A stretch of 64,000 nucleotides of DNA from Octopus sinensis (GCF_006345805.1 NC_042997.1:106640001-106704000), one strand, 5' to 3'; positions 26,525 to 40,226 are shown, numbered from the stretch's first letter. Translations and numbers: made by a program. The notes: generated from the letters alone by a model not told the origin.

Positions 26525-28129
26525 TATATTCTTTTGCATTCTGAATTCATATACGCTCAAAGTCAACTTTGGCCTTAATCCTTCTGGAGAACGATTAAAT
26601 AAGCAGTAACGTACTGTTGCGCTTTAATCGACTGTAATCGTCTAACCATGTGCCAATTTTAGAAATCAATATTGCGAAAATGTTAACGGCAGAAACGATA
26701 GAAAGCCCCCCCCCCAAAAAAAAAATTGCTTGTATATAGTTACTTCTCTTTACTTTATGGATTCCACTTCGGCCGACTTTAACTACATTTTGAAATCAAT
26801 AAAATGAGCACCAGTCAAACCTCGATGTCAAGCTAATAGAATCTACCACCCACTACCTCTAAAACTTATGTACTGATAATAATGTTAACGAGCGAAAGGG
26901 CCGTGACTTGGTAGAATATCCAGAGCACCGGCAAAAAGTGTTCTACTGTATTTGCTTCTGTTCTTTTACGCTCTACGCTAAAACCTTGCTGGGATTAACT
27001 TAGCTTTACATACTTCCCATCTCGACAAAAAGTACTAGTTAAATATTAGGTGTGATTAAACTGACTACCTTCACTCTCCACGAAATATGTACCCTTGTAC
27101 CAACGACAGAAATCAAAACCAAATCTATTAAACAGATAAACCAGGGATTCGAGAACACAAGTTCTCGTTATACATGTGAAAAGCATTAAAAGTTAAGCGA
27201 ATGCATTGAAACAGAATATTTCCTTCTGTTTTCCTGACAAACTATTTATGAATGAATTTTTGCAATTGTGCATGGAAAAGCATACCATTGGACAGCTGCG
27301 TGTTATATAGTCTAAGCTGTCGAGTTGATAAATGAGTTTACGATGGATTATCTTGTTAATAATCGAGCAGTATTACACCTACCCTAACACTACGAAAAAG
27401 AAAATAATGGTTTTTGCATAAATCAGTTTCAGTGAAATGTTGTAAGCGATTCCACTCTTATCTCAATAGTTCAGATTCTTACATTTTCATCACATTTCAG
27501 ATCAAATATCGAAGCTCTTCATGTAACCAGTTGTGCCTTCATAGACGTAAAACGAAAGTCATTTTTCTGTTTCATGACTGTCATATTGTTTCCAGGCAAG
27601 TGCATTGAGAAAAGATTGGCGAGTAGTTTTGTGATATCTGCTTCGGAATCTCGAAGTTGAAATCAAACCGGGAGTTAATAAAGTAACTAAAATTCTCTTC
27701 ATAACAAGTATAAATTGATTATATGTCACTATCGTCAAAGATGTTGTTGGGCAGAAAACCTTCAGTAAACTGGGTCCATAGTCTGGTTTCTATTTTTAGG
27801 TTCTGACAATTCATTTGTATTGATTATGAGATTTAATGATTGTGTCAGAAATCTTTATCATCATCAGAAGGCATCAGTTCACGATTGTTAAAGTATACTT
27901 TCTACTTGCGTGTCATTAGAGGCGACATTAATCCTTTAGCATCACGCTTTAAAATTCTTCAAACATATGGTGTAACCAATGGCTACAAAATGAAATGGGA
28001 GATTATTTTTTTTTCCTTTGAAGACTATTATAAATATAATCAAAATCAGTGCAAACTTTAAACATGATTCTTTTAATTTAATTCTGCGGAAATACCTATA
28101 GATGATATTGGTTGAGGTGTAATCTGACG

Positions 28130-29545
28130 TGACTCCGCTCAGAAGGCTGTAATCTCATTTGATGGGAAAAGGGTATGAAGAAATATATGGAACAAGGTGA
28201 TAACTTTAAATGTCCTACGGACTCACGTACCCCACCATCTCGCTCGCCACCTCGCTCCTGTTCTCCACCTGGAGATCTGGTCCAAACCAGATTCCGAGCA
28301 AATTTAACCGGGCCCTCCGTCCAGCGTCCGACTACGCTGCTGAGAGGCATCGACTTGCCACGTCAGATTCCCCACCTCCATTCTTTCCTACAAAAATGGT
28401 TCAACCGGCGGGTTAAATACCTTAGACGTTCTTTCAGTTCTGCTATCTCTTTTGGCTGTCTGTTTTTAAGTTCGTTGTATATTTTTTCGGGAGATTTTCC
28501 CAACGTTACTGGGCTCATCTTATTGTCGTTAACATACAAAGACTTTTGCGGTGAGGTCCAATGACCCCATCCAAGTGTTTATTTTTGTAAGTGATTGTCG
28601 CAGTGTCCTCTCTATCAGGAATATCGATTATCACAAGCATAAACTTGTTTTCTTTCTTTTTTCCTTTTTCCTTCAGTTCGGGTTTCTTGACCATTTTGGT
28701 TTTTGGATTCCCCTCCTGTGTATTGGTGGGCGACTCCATTCTCTTGGTTCTCTTACGTTACACTGTCTGGAAGTCCATATTTTCAGTGGATAGTGTCTCA
28801 ACTAACTCTGGTTTCTCGGGATTTTCCCCACTAATGGAGGCGGTAGCTTACTGTGTAATGACCTCCTTGGCCGGAAGTGCTGCCTCTTTACTTTTCCCCT
28901 TGGGGTCATTTTTACTGATAGAGGCGGTCACTCGTTGTGTAACGGCCTCCTTGGCCAGAAGTGCCGCCTCTTTACTTTTCCCCGTGGGTTCGTCTTTACT
29001 AGTAGAGGTGGTCGCCCGCTGTGTCATGGTCTCTGTGGCTGGTGGGGATCGTCTCTTCGTTTTTCTCTTCCTCCTCCTCCTCCTCTGCTTCCTTGTCCTT
29101 TTTGGTGGGGCATTTTGACCTCAGGTACCCTTTTTTTCACATTGAAAGCGCCTGGATCTTCTTCTCTCCACATGTACTGCCAATATTGACTCCTCTACGT
29201 GTATCATCTCGGGTAGACTTTCCAAATCCAGACTCGTCGCTTGTGCCAGGATCTCCAGAATTTTACCCCGCCAATTCTGTGGAGCGTCTCTGGAGATCTG
29301 AATAATATTTATTTTGTCCTCTCTCTTGTTAGGAGTGTGACAACGATCCATTCTACCTCCACCTTTGGGGGGGGGGGTGTTCTTAATCCTTATCAGGGAC
29401 GTTCTGCGTCCCAGATATAGAGGCAGTAGCATGACGTCGCCACATAGCAAGGTTCGAGTTGAGAATTCTCTTGCCTTCTCAATCGATTCCAACCTTGCTT
29501 CGATGGTCGCGTATCTTGTGCCTCAGGCTAGGTATTTTATTTTGT
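28130..29545 (-). mobile_element. Tx1/L1-like LINE 5' half: decayed ORF1 with degenerate zinc knuckle and 84-bp internal repeats; no ORF2 seen
   Basis: LLPLYLGRRTSLIRI..NWRGKILEILAQATSLDLESL..VHVERRRSRRFQCEKKG, homologous to the ORF at 48186-48857. Confidence 0.7.
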
Positions 29546-30537
29546 TCAATACTCTTTAGAACTTTCTACGAAAAAAACTGACTGCCAACTCCAGCCGCTT
29601 TACAAATATTTATTTGTTTATGAAAAATCAACTCATTTCTGGAAAAAGTTAATATCTAATCAAGGAATTCTATCATAGATGACTTAATGTGGTCGTTCTC
29701 AAAACAAAACATCAAGTGAAGGGAACCAATGAGGGGAACGGTTTGAACGCATCCGTGCAATAGCTATGGTTGTAGTTACAGTAGTTTTTTTTTCACAAAT
29801 ATTGTTAAAATCACTGCTTTAATTTCTTGAATAAAGAATTATATTCAGAAATTTTCCTGCATATATAAATACATATTAGCTGATACTGCAGTCTACCTTG
29901 TCGTTTGCCATCAATGATTCATTCTATCATCCTATTCAAAGTGAGACTTGTTTCTCATTTACATACTTCTCAAAAGTCAACAGTTTATATTTCTTCGTGA
30001 CTGACAAAGTATTTGTAACATGTATCCAATATGATGCTTCTTAAATTGAATAAAAAAGTGTAAACGGAGAAGGTATTGAAGAAATTATTTTACACAAGCA
30101 GTGACAATTTTCCCGAAGTGGATATGAAAGCTTAAATGTAAATTGATTCACTAATTTTATGTAAGGGACTCTTCGTTGATTCCGACAATGAGCATTCAGT
30201 TGTTCGACCAACTGAACTCCTGATCGTGAAATTAACGTGTAAATGGGTGAGTATTTCAAAGACGTATATTCTTGACACACTTCTCAGGCCCAGTCTGTCC
30301 GATACTAGGTTGGACCTTTAAATTGCACGAGCAATCCAAAGAAAAGAATAGACTGTGTACTGATTTGTCTGTCCGAAAAGATTAAAGGTTAGGTTGACTA
30401 TTGCAAAATTTGAACGTAAAAATCCAGAACTACTAATGTTTCAATCCATTCCATCCGATACTATAATGTTTATTGCCAATTTGTTACCAATTATATATCA
30501 TACGTTTGTTTTCTAATTGCATCGCCTTCTCGAACTA

Positions 30538-30932
30538 TTATTACCGCCGTCTTCGCTAAGGCGGAGGTAATGTTTTCAGTTGTGTTTGTTTGTTTGTGTG
30601 TTTGTCCGTGAACAAGATATCTCAAGAACCGCTGGATGGATTCGATTCATATGAAACTTTCAGGGATGGTTGGCCTCGTGGCTGGCACAAGCTGATTAGA
30701 TTTTGGGATCGATCCGGTACCGGACAAAGATTCTGGATTATTTTTCCTGTGTTTTTTTTAAACTTTTTTACTTAAGTTTTAAGAGCGGTCAAGTTCATTT
30801 TTAGTATTCTCGTCTGTGAGAGCAGTCGAGTTTATTTTAGATATTCTCATTTTAAAAATCATCTCTAGCTAATCGTTGAGAGGACGTTGGTGCTGCCTTG
30901 ACGGAGGTTTGTGCTCTCTGAGTGCTCTTGTT
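30538..30932 (+). mobile_element. Non-autonomous Helentron/HINE-type element
   Basis: 5' ttattaccgccg..taaggcggagg, internal (GTTT)n, 3' ccttgacggagg subterminal repeat then stem-loop gtgctctctgagtgc and cttgtt end. Confidence 0.65.
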
Positions 30933-31379
30933 ATAATTGTTTTCCAGACCACCACACGATGTTATATTTCCAGATACTATAAGGCCTTAATTTCACATGG
31001 TATATACGTACATTTATTTAAACATATTAACATACAAATCTTTTTTTCTTGTCTTTTTTGTGCCCTTTCCAATTCCTTTCCATATTACTCATGTTATGTT
31101 TCTATCTTAGGACTCAAAATTAACTTACATATCTTTTCGAACCAAAGAAGTGTAAATCTTTGTTTGTTCATGTTTGTTTTCTTCGTTTTAAATAGTTTAT
31201 TGAAGTTGTCTTTGAGGTTGGTTACATCAGCAAATCAAACACAGTACACTTGTTTCGACCCCTACACAAACTATTCACGTCTATTGACTGCTATATTGTA
31301 TTCATATAATGCGGGTGTATCATGCCGACCCCTGTTGTACTCTTTCGCCCCAACTTTCTCTCACTCTTTCGTCCTGTTT

Positions 31380-31468
31380 CTTGAGTAACGCTGCGATGGA
31401 CTGGCGTCCCATCCAGCCGGGGGTGACACAAAGCGGGCCCATGAGACTGACTAGGCTTGAAAAGGGTG
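31380..31468 (+). mobile_element. SINE family C 3' part
   Basis: gagtaacgctgcgatggactggcgtccc..gggcccatgag, matching 55590-55690. Confidence 0.7.
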
Positions 31469-31902
31469 AAAAAAAAAACTTCCTTTGCTTACTCTGGGTC
31501 GATGAAAACCATAGTTTTCGGGCTTTCAATCTGAACCAAACTAAATATATTAAATTATCAAGGTGGAATAAATACCTGTTTAACATGAGGTAATAGGGAT
31601 GAGGTTTGGCTAAGATAAATTTTGCAAATACTCAACTCAAGATCAATATTTCCTAGTCTTGACAACCATTCTAACATAACGATTTTATTATAGATAATAT
31701 ATTATCTATACAAAAGGTATCTGAGATAATATATTAATCTAATATAACCGAACCTATATTTTGCAATGCACTTGAGCATCTGCTTCTTATCCGTAGAGTT
31801 CTGGTTGAAAAAATTATCTTTGCTAACATGGAACCTTACGTACAAGAAAGATAAAAAGCATTTCTATAATACTGATTTATCACCGATGTTGAACCTTGAA
31901 TA

Positions 31903-31942
31903 TATGTGTGTGTGTGTATGTATGTATGTATGTATGTATGTA

Positions 31943-31991
<49 letters not shown>

Positions 31992-32025
31992 ATGTATGTA
32001 TGTATGTATGTATGTATGTATGTAT
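31903..32025. repeat. (TG)n/(TATG)n microsatellite
   Basis: Direct reading. Confidence 0.95.
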
Positions 32026-32947
32026 AGTGAGCAATCTGTAATATAAATGCATATATAGACAAATACTGAGTGGTAGTAATAAACGTGATGTATTCATCTC
32101 AAAGATTAGATTTAATACCCAATTGTATTAATTTTCCCTTCAATTAAAACAGGCGTCATTTCCTGATATCCAGGCATTTGCTATGTAATTAACATTTGCA
32201 TATATTTTCACTTAATAGCCATTTTCACTTCATTTAAGATGAACATATTTAAGGTCATTTATTGGAGACATGTGTACACTAGTATAGTCACAAAAATATT
32301 TAACTGTTCGTATTCACGGTGAAGAGATAGTTTTAAAGTAGAAAGTTGTTAAATGATAAAGTGAGTGAATGACTGACAGTAGGAGAGTGAGTGAGTGACA
32401 GTAGGAGAAGTAAAATGAAAGTGAGCTGAAACATCCGGTGTTTATCTTGTTACACATGACGGGAGTAGACAACAGGGAAAATGAGAGTAGGAAAGAGAAA
32501 TAAAACGAGAGTGGATTGCAGAGGGACATTTTCATATGAGACCGCCGGAAAATGTTACGGCAGAAATTGTTTTCACCTCAATAGACGTCATTGACTGGTT
32601 TAAATTGCCGAAATGCAAGAAATTAAACAACAAATATGTTACAAACTACAGAATTTTCTCAATAAAGCCAAGAGAAAAAGATGTTTTATAAACACATTCT
32701 ACCAGTATACGAAGTTTAAAATTTTTTAGTTACATAGAAATTATTTTAAAAATCTGCCGGTCAAAGTGAAAAGATCCGATATTTCATTACGTACATTCAA
32801 ATATCAATAAGCACACAAATCGATAACAGATCATTTCATCAGATGGATGATATCGAAATACATTTCAATATCAATTGTGTGTTTGCTTTATTCATTTTGA
32901 AAATAAACATTAAAAAATTTAGTGTGTGTGTATGTATGCCTATTTAT

Positions 32948-33030
<83 letters not shown>

Positions 33031-33339
33031 CGTGTGTGTATGATATTGGCTTCACTGGGTCAACGTTTTGCCTTTAACTCCTTAATGTAACAGGTTGAAT
33101 AAACTGTTAAAAGTGAAACTTGAAGTCCCACTCAAACATTCTCCTTCTTATCAAACATATTAAGTCGTATCATCAGTAAATATTCTGTTGTTTTTCTGTA
33201 GGTTGATCAGCAATATCAAATAATAGCATTTCTTTACATGAAAGAATATCCTGAGCATAGTTCGGATTATTTTCCAAAAGTTAACCTTTCCCTTCAGAGT
33301 TAGAAGATTCTTCAGCTCCAAAATCTGTTGATATTCTAC

Positions 33340-33760
33340 AAGGATCAAGTGATGCCCACAGTGGGGTACTACGTCCCCCATCCGGATGGTGCTGCTGCCA
33401 GGCTCACTGATGTCCTGGGCCGCATCCAGAGAAGTGCTACTTAACCGATTGGTATTGGTCACAACCTCGCTTCTAGCGGACACGCTCGGTGTCTCCTCAT
33501 TCTGCTTTTTCTGTTACTACTATTATGACTTCTGCTCATCAGAGCTTTTGGGTCTCGTATTCTCACCACCCGGGAACCTTGTCACACTCTCATCTCATCA
33601 CATTTCGTCACCCTTGATGCGTCCAACCCACCTTTTCCCTGCATTAGTCCATGATGCCCAGTCCTTTTTTAATTCCAAGAATACGGACCCTCTCGAACCT
33701 CCTCTCTGCTCTATCATCCTTGCAGGTGATGACCTAGCAAATGATAATCTCACGAGTCTT
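33340..33760 (+). pseudogene. Old CR1/Jockey-group LINE ORF2 C-terminal relic
   Basis: GYYVPHPDGA..LGRIQRSA, VSSFCFFCYYYYDFCSSELLGLV, AQSFF resemble the post-RT C-terminal region of such LINEs. Confidence 0.5.
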
Positions 33761-33877
33761 GGATGGGCTGCAAGTGTCTTGGGCATTATCCCTCCCTCAA
33801 AACTCAACAGTAAGTAGGTGTGGGTGTGTATACATGCATGTGGTAAACATTAAAATATTTCACACACACACACACAT

Positions 33878-36800
33878 ATATAAACGCAAGTTGTCTGTTT
33901 ATGTCAAGTTGCCGTCTACAACCGTTAACGAATTTTCGTGAAACTCTGCAAACATGTTAAAGTAACATCCAGTTTATTACTAGGCTCATTGAAGTTTAAT
34001 AAAAATCTATAATTGGATAGCTAGGGCCCCGAGAAGGGGTTCACATATATAACCAATATATTTTCCTTTAACAGCCAAGGGAAATAACCCATTCATTTTC
34101 CTTTGATCACCTTAAACACTACCAAGCTCAAAGTTAATGGTCAAGGGATGAAAATTAACAACAGGTGGATCGTGTCCTACAACCGTTTGCTGTCTAAAAC
34201 ATTGCAGGCCCATGTTAATGTTGAGTCATGCAACTCCATAAAAAGTATTAGATATGTATGCAAATACATCAAAAAGGGCTCAGATATGGCGGTTTTTGGG
34301 ACTTGAACAGGAGGCCAGGCAGATGAAATTCAGCAATATATGTTGGGCATGTATATTTCCTCTAACGAGAGCTTCGAAATCGACGATCGGCATCCAACAA
34401 TAGTGAATATATCTGTACATCTTGAAAGTGGCCAACGTGTATATTTCACAGAAGACAATGCTCGAAACGTAGTTCTGAATCCACCAGAAACCTCTTTGAA
34501 AGCTTTCTTCAAATTATGCCGATGTTATCTGTTTGCCCGAACACTGTTGAATGTTGAGGTTCACGTGTACTATACTCGGGCACACAATATATGGAACAGG
34601 CGCAAGAAAGGAGCACGCGTTGAAGGCTAGGAAGAACATGTCTTCAGAAGTGGGGCCATCGGACGGGTGTACACTGTGTACTCTAATCAGCAGGAATGCT
34701 TCTTTCTGCGTCTACTGCTGTACACTGTCAGACCTTCGAAAATACAATGGGGAAGTCTTCAAGACCCACAGAGAAGCCTGCGCCAAACATGGACTACTGG
34801 AGGACGATACTCACTGGAACCAGGCACCGGAGGAGGCAGCAGTCAGTAGAGCACCAAGTCAACGGCACCAACTATTTTCTATCATGCTGATAACATGTGG
34901 CTTGGGTGAACCTCTCAAACTTTGGGCGACCCACAAAACCAGAATGACAGAGGAGATCCTACAAAAGATTCAAAAGCAAACCTCAGCGGAAATAACCACG
35001 TTCAATAACGCCATTTACAACGAGGCATTACTTGACCTGGACACCCGAGTGCAAGCTATGGGAGATCAAAGCATTGCCGCGTTTAGTCTGCCTCCACCAG
35101 AGCAGACAGTAAACAATCTCGCAATTGAGTACCTGCGAGAAATCAGCTATGGCATCGAGGAAATGACGGCGTATAAAGCTGATAACGAACACAAACTGAT
35201 GGAGGACCAACTAGGTGTTTATAAGACCATTATTTCGAGCATTGAAAGTGAAAGAAGTGGCAAGACATTTATCAACCTTCTGGCTAAACTGCGCCAAATG
35301 AAACACATTACCATAGCAGTGGCGTCAAGTGTAATTGATGCAACTCTGCTAAGTGGTGACTGCACAGCTCTTTCCTGTTTCAAACTCCCTTTGGACCTGT
35401 CCAAAAAAGAGAAGGCAAACAGCAACATCAGTCGTGGTTCTATAAAAGGCAAACTTTTGGGTGAATGCAGGTTGATCATCTGGGATGAGGCGACAATGAG
35501 CCATTAGGTTTCCTTTGAAGCTCTTGACATGGCCTTCAGGATCTGAGACACACCACCAGGCTCATGGGAGGTGTCACAGTCTTGCTTGCAGGAGACTTTA
35601 TACAAAACCCTTCCCGTGGTTCCAAAGGGGATAAGAGCTGATTAAGTAAATGCAAGCATAAAGTCGTCCTACCTATAGAGCAGTGTGCAAAAGCTGAGAC
35701 TCACAACCAACATGAGACTGCAGCTCAGTGGTGATGATACAGACAGAACCTTTTCAAAGCAACTGTTGGACGTCGGTAATGGCACTTCGGTTGACGAGAA
35801 GGATGGCCGAATAAGCTTGCCTTTTGGATATATGGTATCTGATTTAAAGGAACTAATGAATAAGGTGTTTCCTAACCTGAGGAATCAGTTTACACACCAC
35901 AACTGGCTGACATCCGTGTCATTTTAGCTCCAAAGAATGTGGCGGTTGATGATTTGAACATCAAACTTCTGGAACAATTGCCAGGTGAGCGTCACATCTA
36001 CAATTCTATTGACACAGTACTCAACATCGGTGAAGCTGCGAATTATCCAGTTGAATTCTTGAATAGTCTAACATCACTCGGCTTCCCACCTCACAACTTG
36101 CACCTCAAGATTGGGGCACCAGTTATGCTCCTTCGATCCGCCAAAGCTTTGCAATAACATATGACTTATAATAAAGAAGATGATGCTAACAGTCTTGGAG
36201 ACAACAATTTTGACTGGTAAAGCAAGCGGTGAGCCTGTATTAATTCCTAGAATTCCACCTATTCCCTCGGATATGCCTTTCCAGTACAAGCACCTGCAAT
36301 TCCTGTTGAAACTGAGCTTTGCAAGGCCCAGGGGCAGTCCTTGGATGTGGTAGGTCTGAACCATGCGGAACCAGTTTTCTCCCATGGCCAACTTTATATG
36401 GGATGCTCAAGAGTCGGCAATCCTAATTATTTATTTATTTATGCCCCACAAGGAAAGACCAAAAATGTTGTTTATCAAGAAGCTCTGCAAACTTAATAAG
36501 ATTCATCAAATTATCAGATATTTATTATTTAACTGTAATATTTGTAAGTGTTGTAAATGTATTGATAATCTACATGTTATTGTATTTTAAAATCTGTATG
36601 CAAATTTATTTGCATATCTACTGTAAAACTAAATGTCAGTCTGTTTTTACATTTATTGTAAATCTATTTCTACACTAGCGCCCCTAAAGGTATATTCTCT
36701 GGGAACGCAGAAAAGCCTTTTTCAGAGTTATTTACTTTGAATTGTTATTATCTCATATCCTATTAGCCTGTTATTACGTAACATGCTTCACGATTTTAGT

Positions 36801-37132
36801 ATGCATACCTTATTAGTGTTTCCTCTTAAGTTATATATACTTTGGGAACACATTAAAACCCTTTTCCGGGTTACTTTATTTGAATTCTTACTATCGGGTA
36901 ACTGATTTCATGTTATTACGTAACTGACTTCACGATTTGGGCATTCATAACTTATTGGGATTTCCTAAAAACAAAATCCGATGTAAGACAGTTCGGTATT
37001 CTCTGCAAATTCACAAAAACCGTTTTTAGGGCTACATACTTTATATTGTTGTTATTAGATTAGCGAAACAGCTATGAGAACAGAACCAAGGGATAAGCCC
37101 CGCTTTTCCAGGAATTACCAGGTACGTCAGCT

Positions 37133-37135
<3 letters not shown>
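33878..37135 (+). mobile_element. Internally deleted Helitron; RepHel (Rep C-terminus plus Pif1 helicase) pseudogene ~34103-36480
   Basis: NRWIVSYN..AHVNVESCNSIKSIRYVCKYIKKGSDMAVFG, VHLESGQRVYFT, REAC..GLLEDD.HW, CRLIIWDEATMSH, LTTNMR, YPVEFLNSL..PPHNLHLKIGAPVMLLR, FSHGQL. Probable 3' end ccaggtacgtcagctaat (CTAG-like). Degenerate ~150-bp subterminal repeats at 36700-37060. Confidence 0.88.
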
Positions 37136-37164
<29 letters not shown>

Positions 37165-37230
37165 CATATATATATATATATATATAATATATATATATAT
37201 TATATATATATATTATATATATATATATAT

Positions 37231-38378
37231 ATGGAGCAGACAATGGAATGGCAATGGCAAATGTCACTCTATGTGTGCTTCGTCGACTTTGAAAAAGCAT
37301 TTGACAGCGTAGACAGACAGACAATCTGGGACATCTTACGACACTATGGTATGTCAGAGAAGATCGTGGGCATTATTCGATTACTCTACGAGGAGTTTTC
37401 TTGCCAGGTCATCCATGCTGGGAGATTGTCGGAGGAATTCAGGGTCAGCACGGGAGTCAGACAGAGCTGTTTATTGCCACCGCTCCTGTTCCTCGTCGTG
37501 CTGGACTGGGTCACCAGGACGGCCTACGCTACCTCCGGCAAAGGTATTCAGTGGACACTGATGAACAAGCTGGAGGACTTGGACAACGCAGATGATCTCG
37601 CGCTACTGTCACATCGCCTGCAAGACATACACGATAAGGTAGACCACCTGACAGAAACTTCACGGCGAGTGGGCTTGAGGATCAGCCGGGAAAAGACAAA
37701 AGTGCTGCGTATCAACAACAAGTAGGAAGAGCCAATCACAATCGAGGGGGCACCTGTAGAGGACGTTAGTGAGTCTGTCTATCTTGGCAGCAAGATCAGC
37801 AAATCAGGTGGATCAGACGAGGACATCACGGCAAGAAGCAAGAAGGCTTGGCAAGCCTTCGCTATTCTTCAGCCGGTATGGAAGTCCAATGCCATCTCAA
37901 CTCGAACTAAACTCCGCTTATTTAGTTCAAACATAAAATCTGTGCTTTTGTATGGCTCTGAAATATGGAGAGCCACCTGCAGCAACTACAAGAAAATCCA
38001 GACCTTCATCAATAAATGTCTCCGGCAGATCCTCCATCTGAAGTGGTTTGACAGAGTGCCAAACATCGACCTGTGGGAAAGGGCTAACCAGGAGTCCATA
38101 CATGCTCAGATTAGATGAAGGAAATGGAGATGGATCGGACACACACTGCGGAAAGAACCCTCAAATGTGACACGACAAGCACTTGACTGGAACCCGCAGG
38201 GGAAAAGGAAGCGAGGACGCTCGAAGCAGACATGGAAGCGGAGCATTTTGGACGAGCTCAGGACCACCGGCCCGACATGGGAAGCAGCCAAGAAACACGC
38301 CAATGACCGCAAAAAGTGGAAAACAACTGTTGAGGCCCTATGCTCGACAGGGGACAAAAAGGATTAAGAAGATTATAT
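37231..38378 (+). mobile_element. 5'-truncated RTE-clade LINE, RT and C-terminus nearly intact, inserted in (TA)n
   Basis: CFVDFEKAFDSV, GVRQSCLLPPLLF, DNADDLALL, YLGSKI, SVLLYGSEIW, WIGHTLRK, DWNPQGKRKRGR, ALCSTGDKKD* in one frame with two in-frame stops (~37723, ~38117). Confidence 0.95.
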
Positions 38379-38491
38379 GCACACATAGAATTCACACATT
38401 GACGCTGCTGTTAATGTAACTGTGTCGAAGCCTTTTCAATAACAATAACCAATTGATAGCATTAATAGCTATTATATATATACACACATAA

Positions 38492-38716
38492 GGCGGTGAG
38501 CTGGCAGAAACGTTAGCGCGCCGGGCGAAATGCTTACTGGTATTTCGTCTGTCGTTACGTTCTGAGTTCAAATTCCGCTGAGGTCGACTTTGCCTTTCAT
38601 CCTCTCGGGGTCGATAAATAACGTACCAGTTTTGCACTGGATCGATGTAATCGACTTAATCCCTTTGTCTGTCCTTATTTGTCCCCTCTATGTTTAGCCC
38701 CTTGTGGGTAGTAAAG

Positions 38717-38717
<1 letters not shown>
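38492..38717 (+). mobile_element. SINE family B full copy
   Basis: ggcggtgagctggcagaaacgttagcgcg..ccccttgtgggtagtaaaga. Confidence 0.9.
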
Positions 38718-38747
<30 letters not shown>

Positions 38748-39229
38748 TATGTATATATAATTAATCAAAGGACATATATATGTGGGGGGTGCGTATATTA
38801 CATGCATACATATGTACGTACGAATGTATGGCTATATGTATATCGCTATAGATACATATAAAAATACTGCATTAAAATAAGCAAATTTATAAGAGTAGCA
38901 GTTATCAGTTACCAGGTGACTAGGCGTCTTTCCCAGTTTATCACCCACTCAAGGAGATTCTCTCTTCCTTCCTCTCTCTCACTCTCTCTCTCACATACAC
39001 ATCTCTTTCGCACACATACACACACTACTCTTTCACACACACACTCGCTATCTGTCTGTCTCTTTCTTCTCTTCCTCTCACACGCATACACAAGACAGGT
39101 ACACACACACACACATACACAAATATACTCAATCGTATAGAGGTCTATTTCTTTTATTTTAATCTTATGTATGTTTGAAAGTGCCTCGACAAAATCATGC
39201 ATAACATACATACACAAATAGGTACACGT

Positions 39230-40193
39230 TTAAACGCGCGCAAATATGCACGTAGTCCTCACTACTGCACGTCGCCACTGACTCACAGCCGTACGTGTAA
39301 CGAAGTCTAACTTTCACTGGTGGGGGTACGTGAGTCCGTAGAAAATTCACTAATTACAACAGATGTAAACTAGCTGCTGAACAGGCGTTACTTGTGTCTG
39401 CTGGTCGCTTCCTTTCCCCCGCTTTTCTCTCAACTCTTTTCACTTTCTCTCTTTCGATTAACACCACACGCACAGATTCAACCAAGCGTATAAATATAAA
39501 CCTCTATATAAAAAAGCTTCGTACATAAGATTACTAAATAGCTGTCGTCGTCTATAAGCATTTATCGATTAACTCAAATGTATATATATATATATAAAAA
39601 CAGAAACTTATGTGTATCCATTTAACATTAATTAATAAATATTTAAATATAACATAAACCACCTCATTCTCTGATTTCCCAAAACAAATCCCAAAGGAAT
39701 TCAGGATGAGTTGATTTTCCGGAGATAATTACCTGAAGAGATGGGAACAAACTGGTAACTCTTACTATTTATAAGGTACGTGGTATCTTTTCTATATATC
39801 TTTTAATTTTTTTTTTAATCTTCATCTCTGTCATAATTTAATTTCTTTTACTTAATGATTTTTAAATCGTAACTCTTACGTTTTCATCGATTCACGTTAA
39901 AGGTCTTTCCCATTTTCTCGTATAAACAATAAGCCAGCCAATACAAGTGGGTATACCGGTACCAGCCGGCGACACCAGCGAGGGTACTGTTATGTTGACA
40001 GCATACAGCTGCAATCAGTTTTGTTTGTATGAGTGACTTTTGTTAGGAGACATGCTAATAATGTGTACCTTTTGCTAGGCCTGTTTGTTGTCAATTTGAT
40101 CTTCTGTATAAACATATGTCAGTGGAAACGATACAGGAGATGTAAAGGCGAAGAGAAAGTTATCAAGTTGAAAGCTTTCTTTGGTTTAACAAG

Positions 40194-40226
<33 letters not shown>

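Noticed and set aside
28591-29118. 175-aa hydrophobic plus-strand ORF resembling a membrane protein
   Set aside because: Antisense shadow of the Lys/Glu-rich ORF1 on the minus strand
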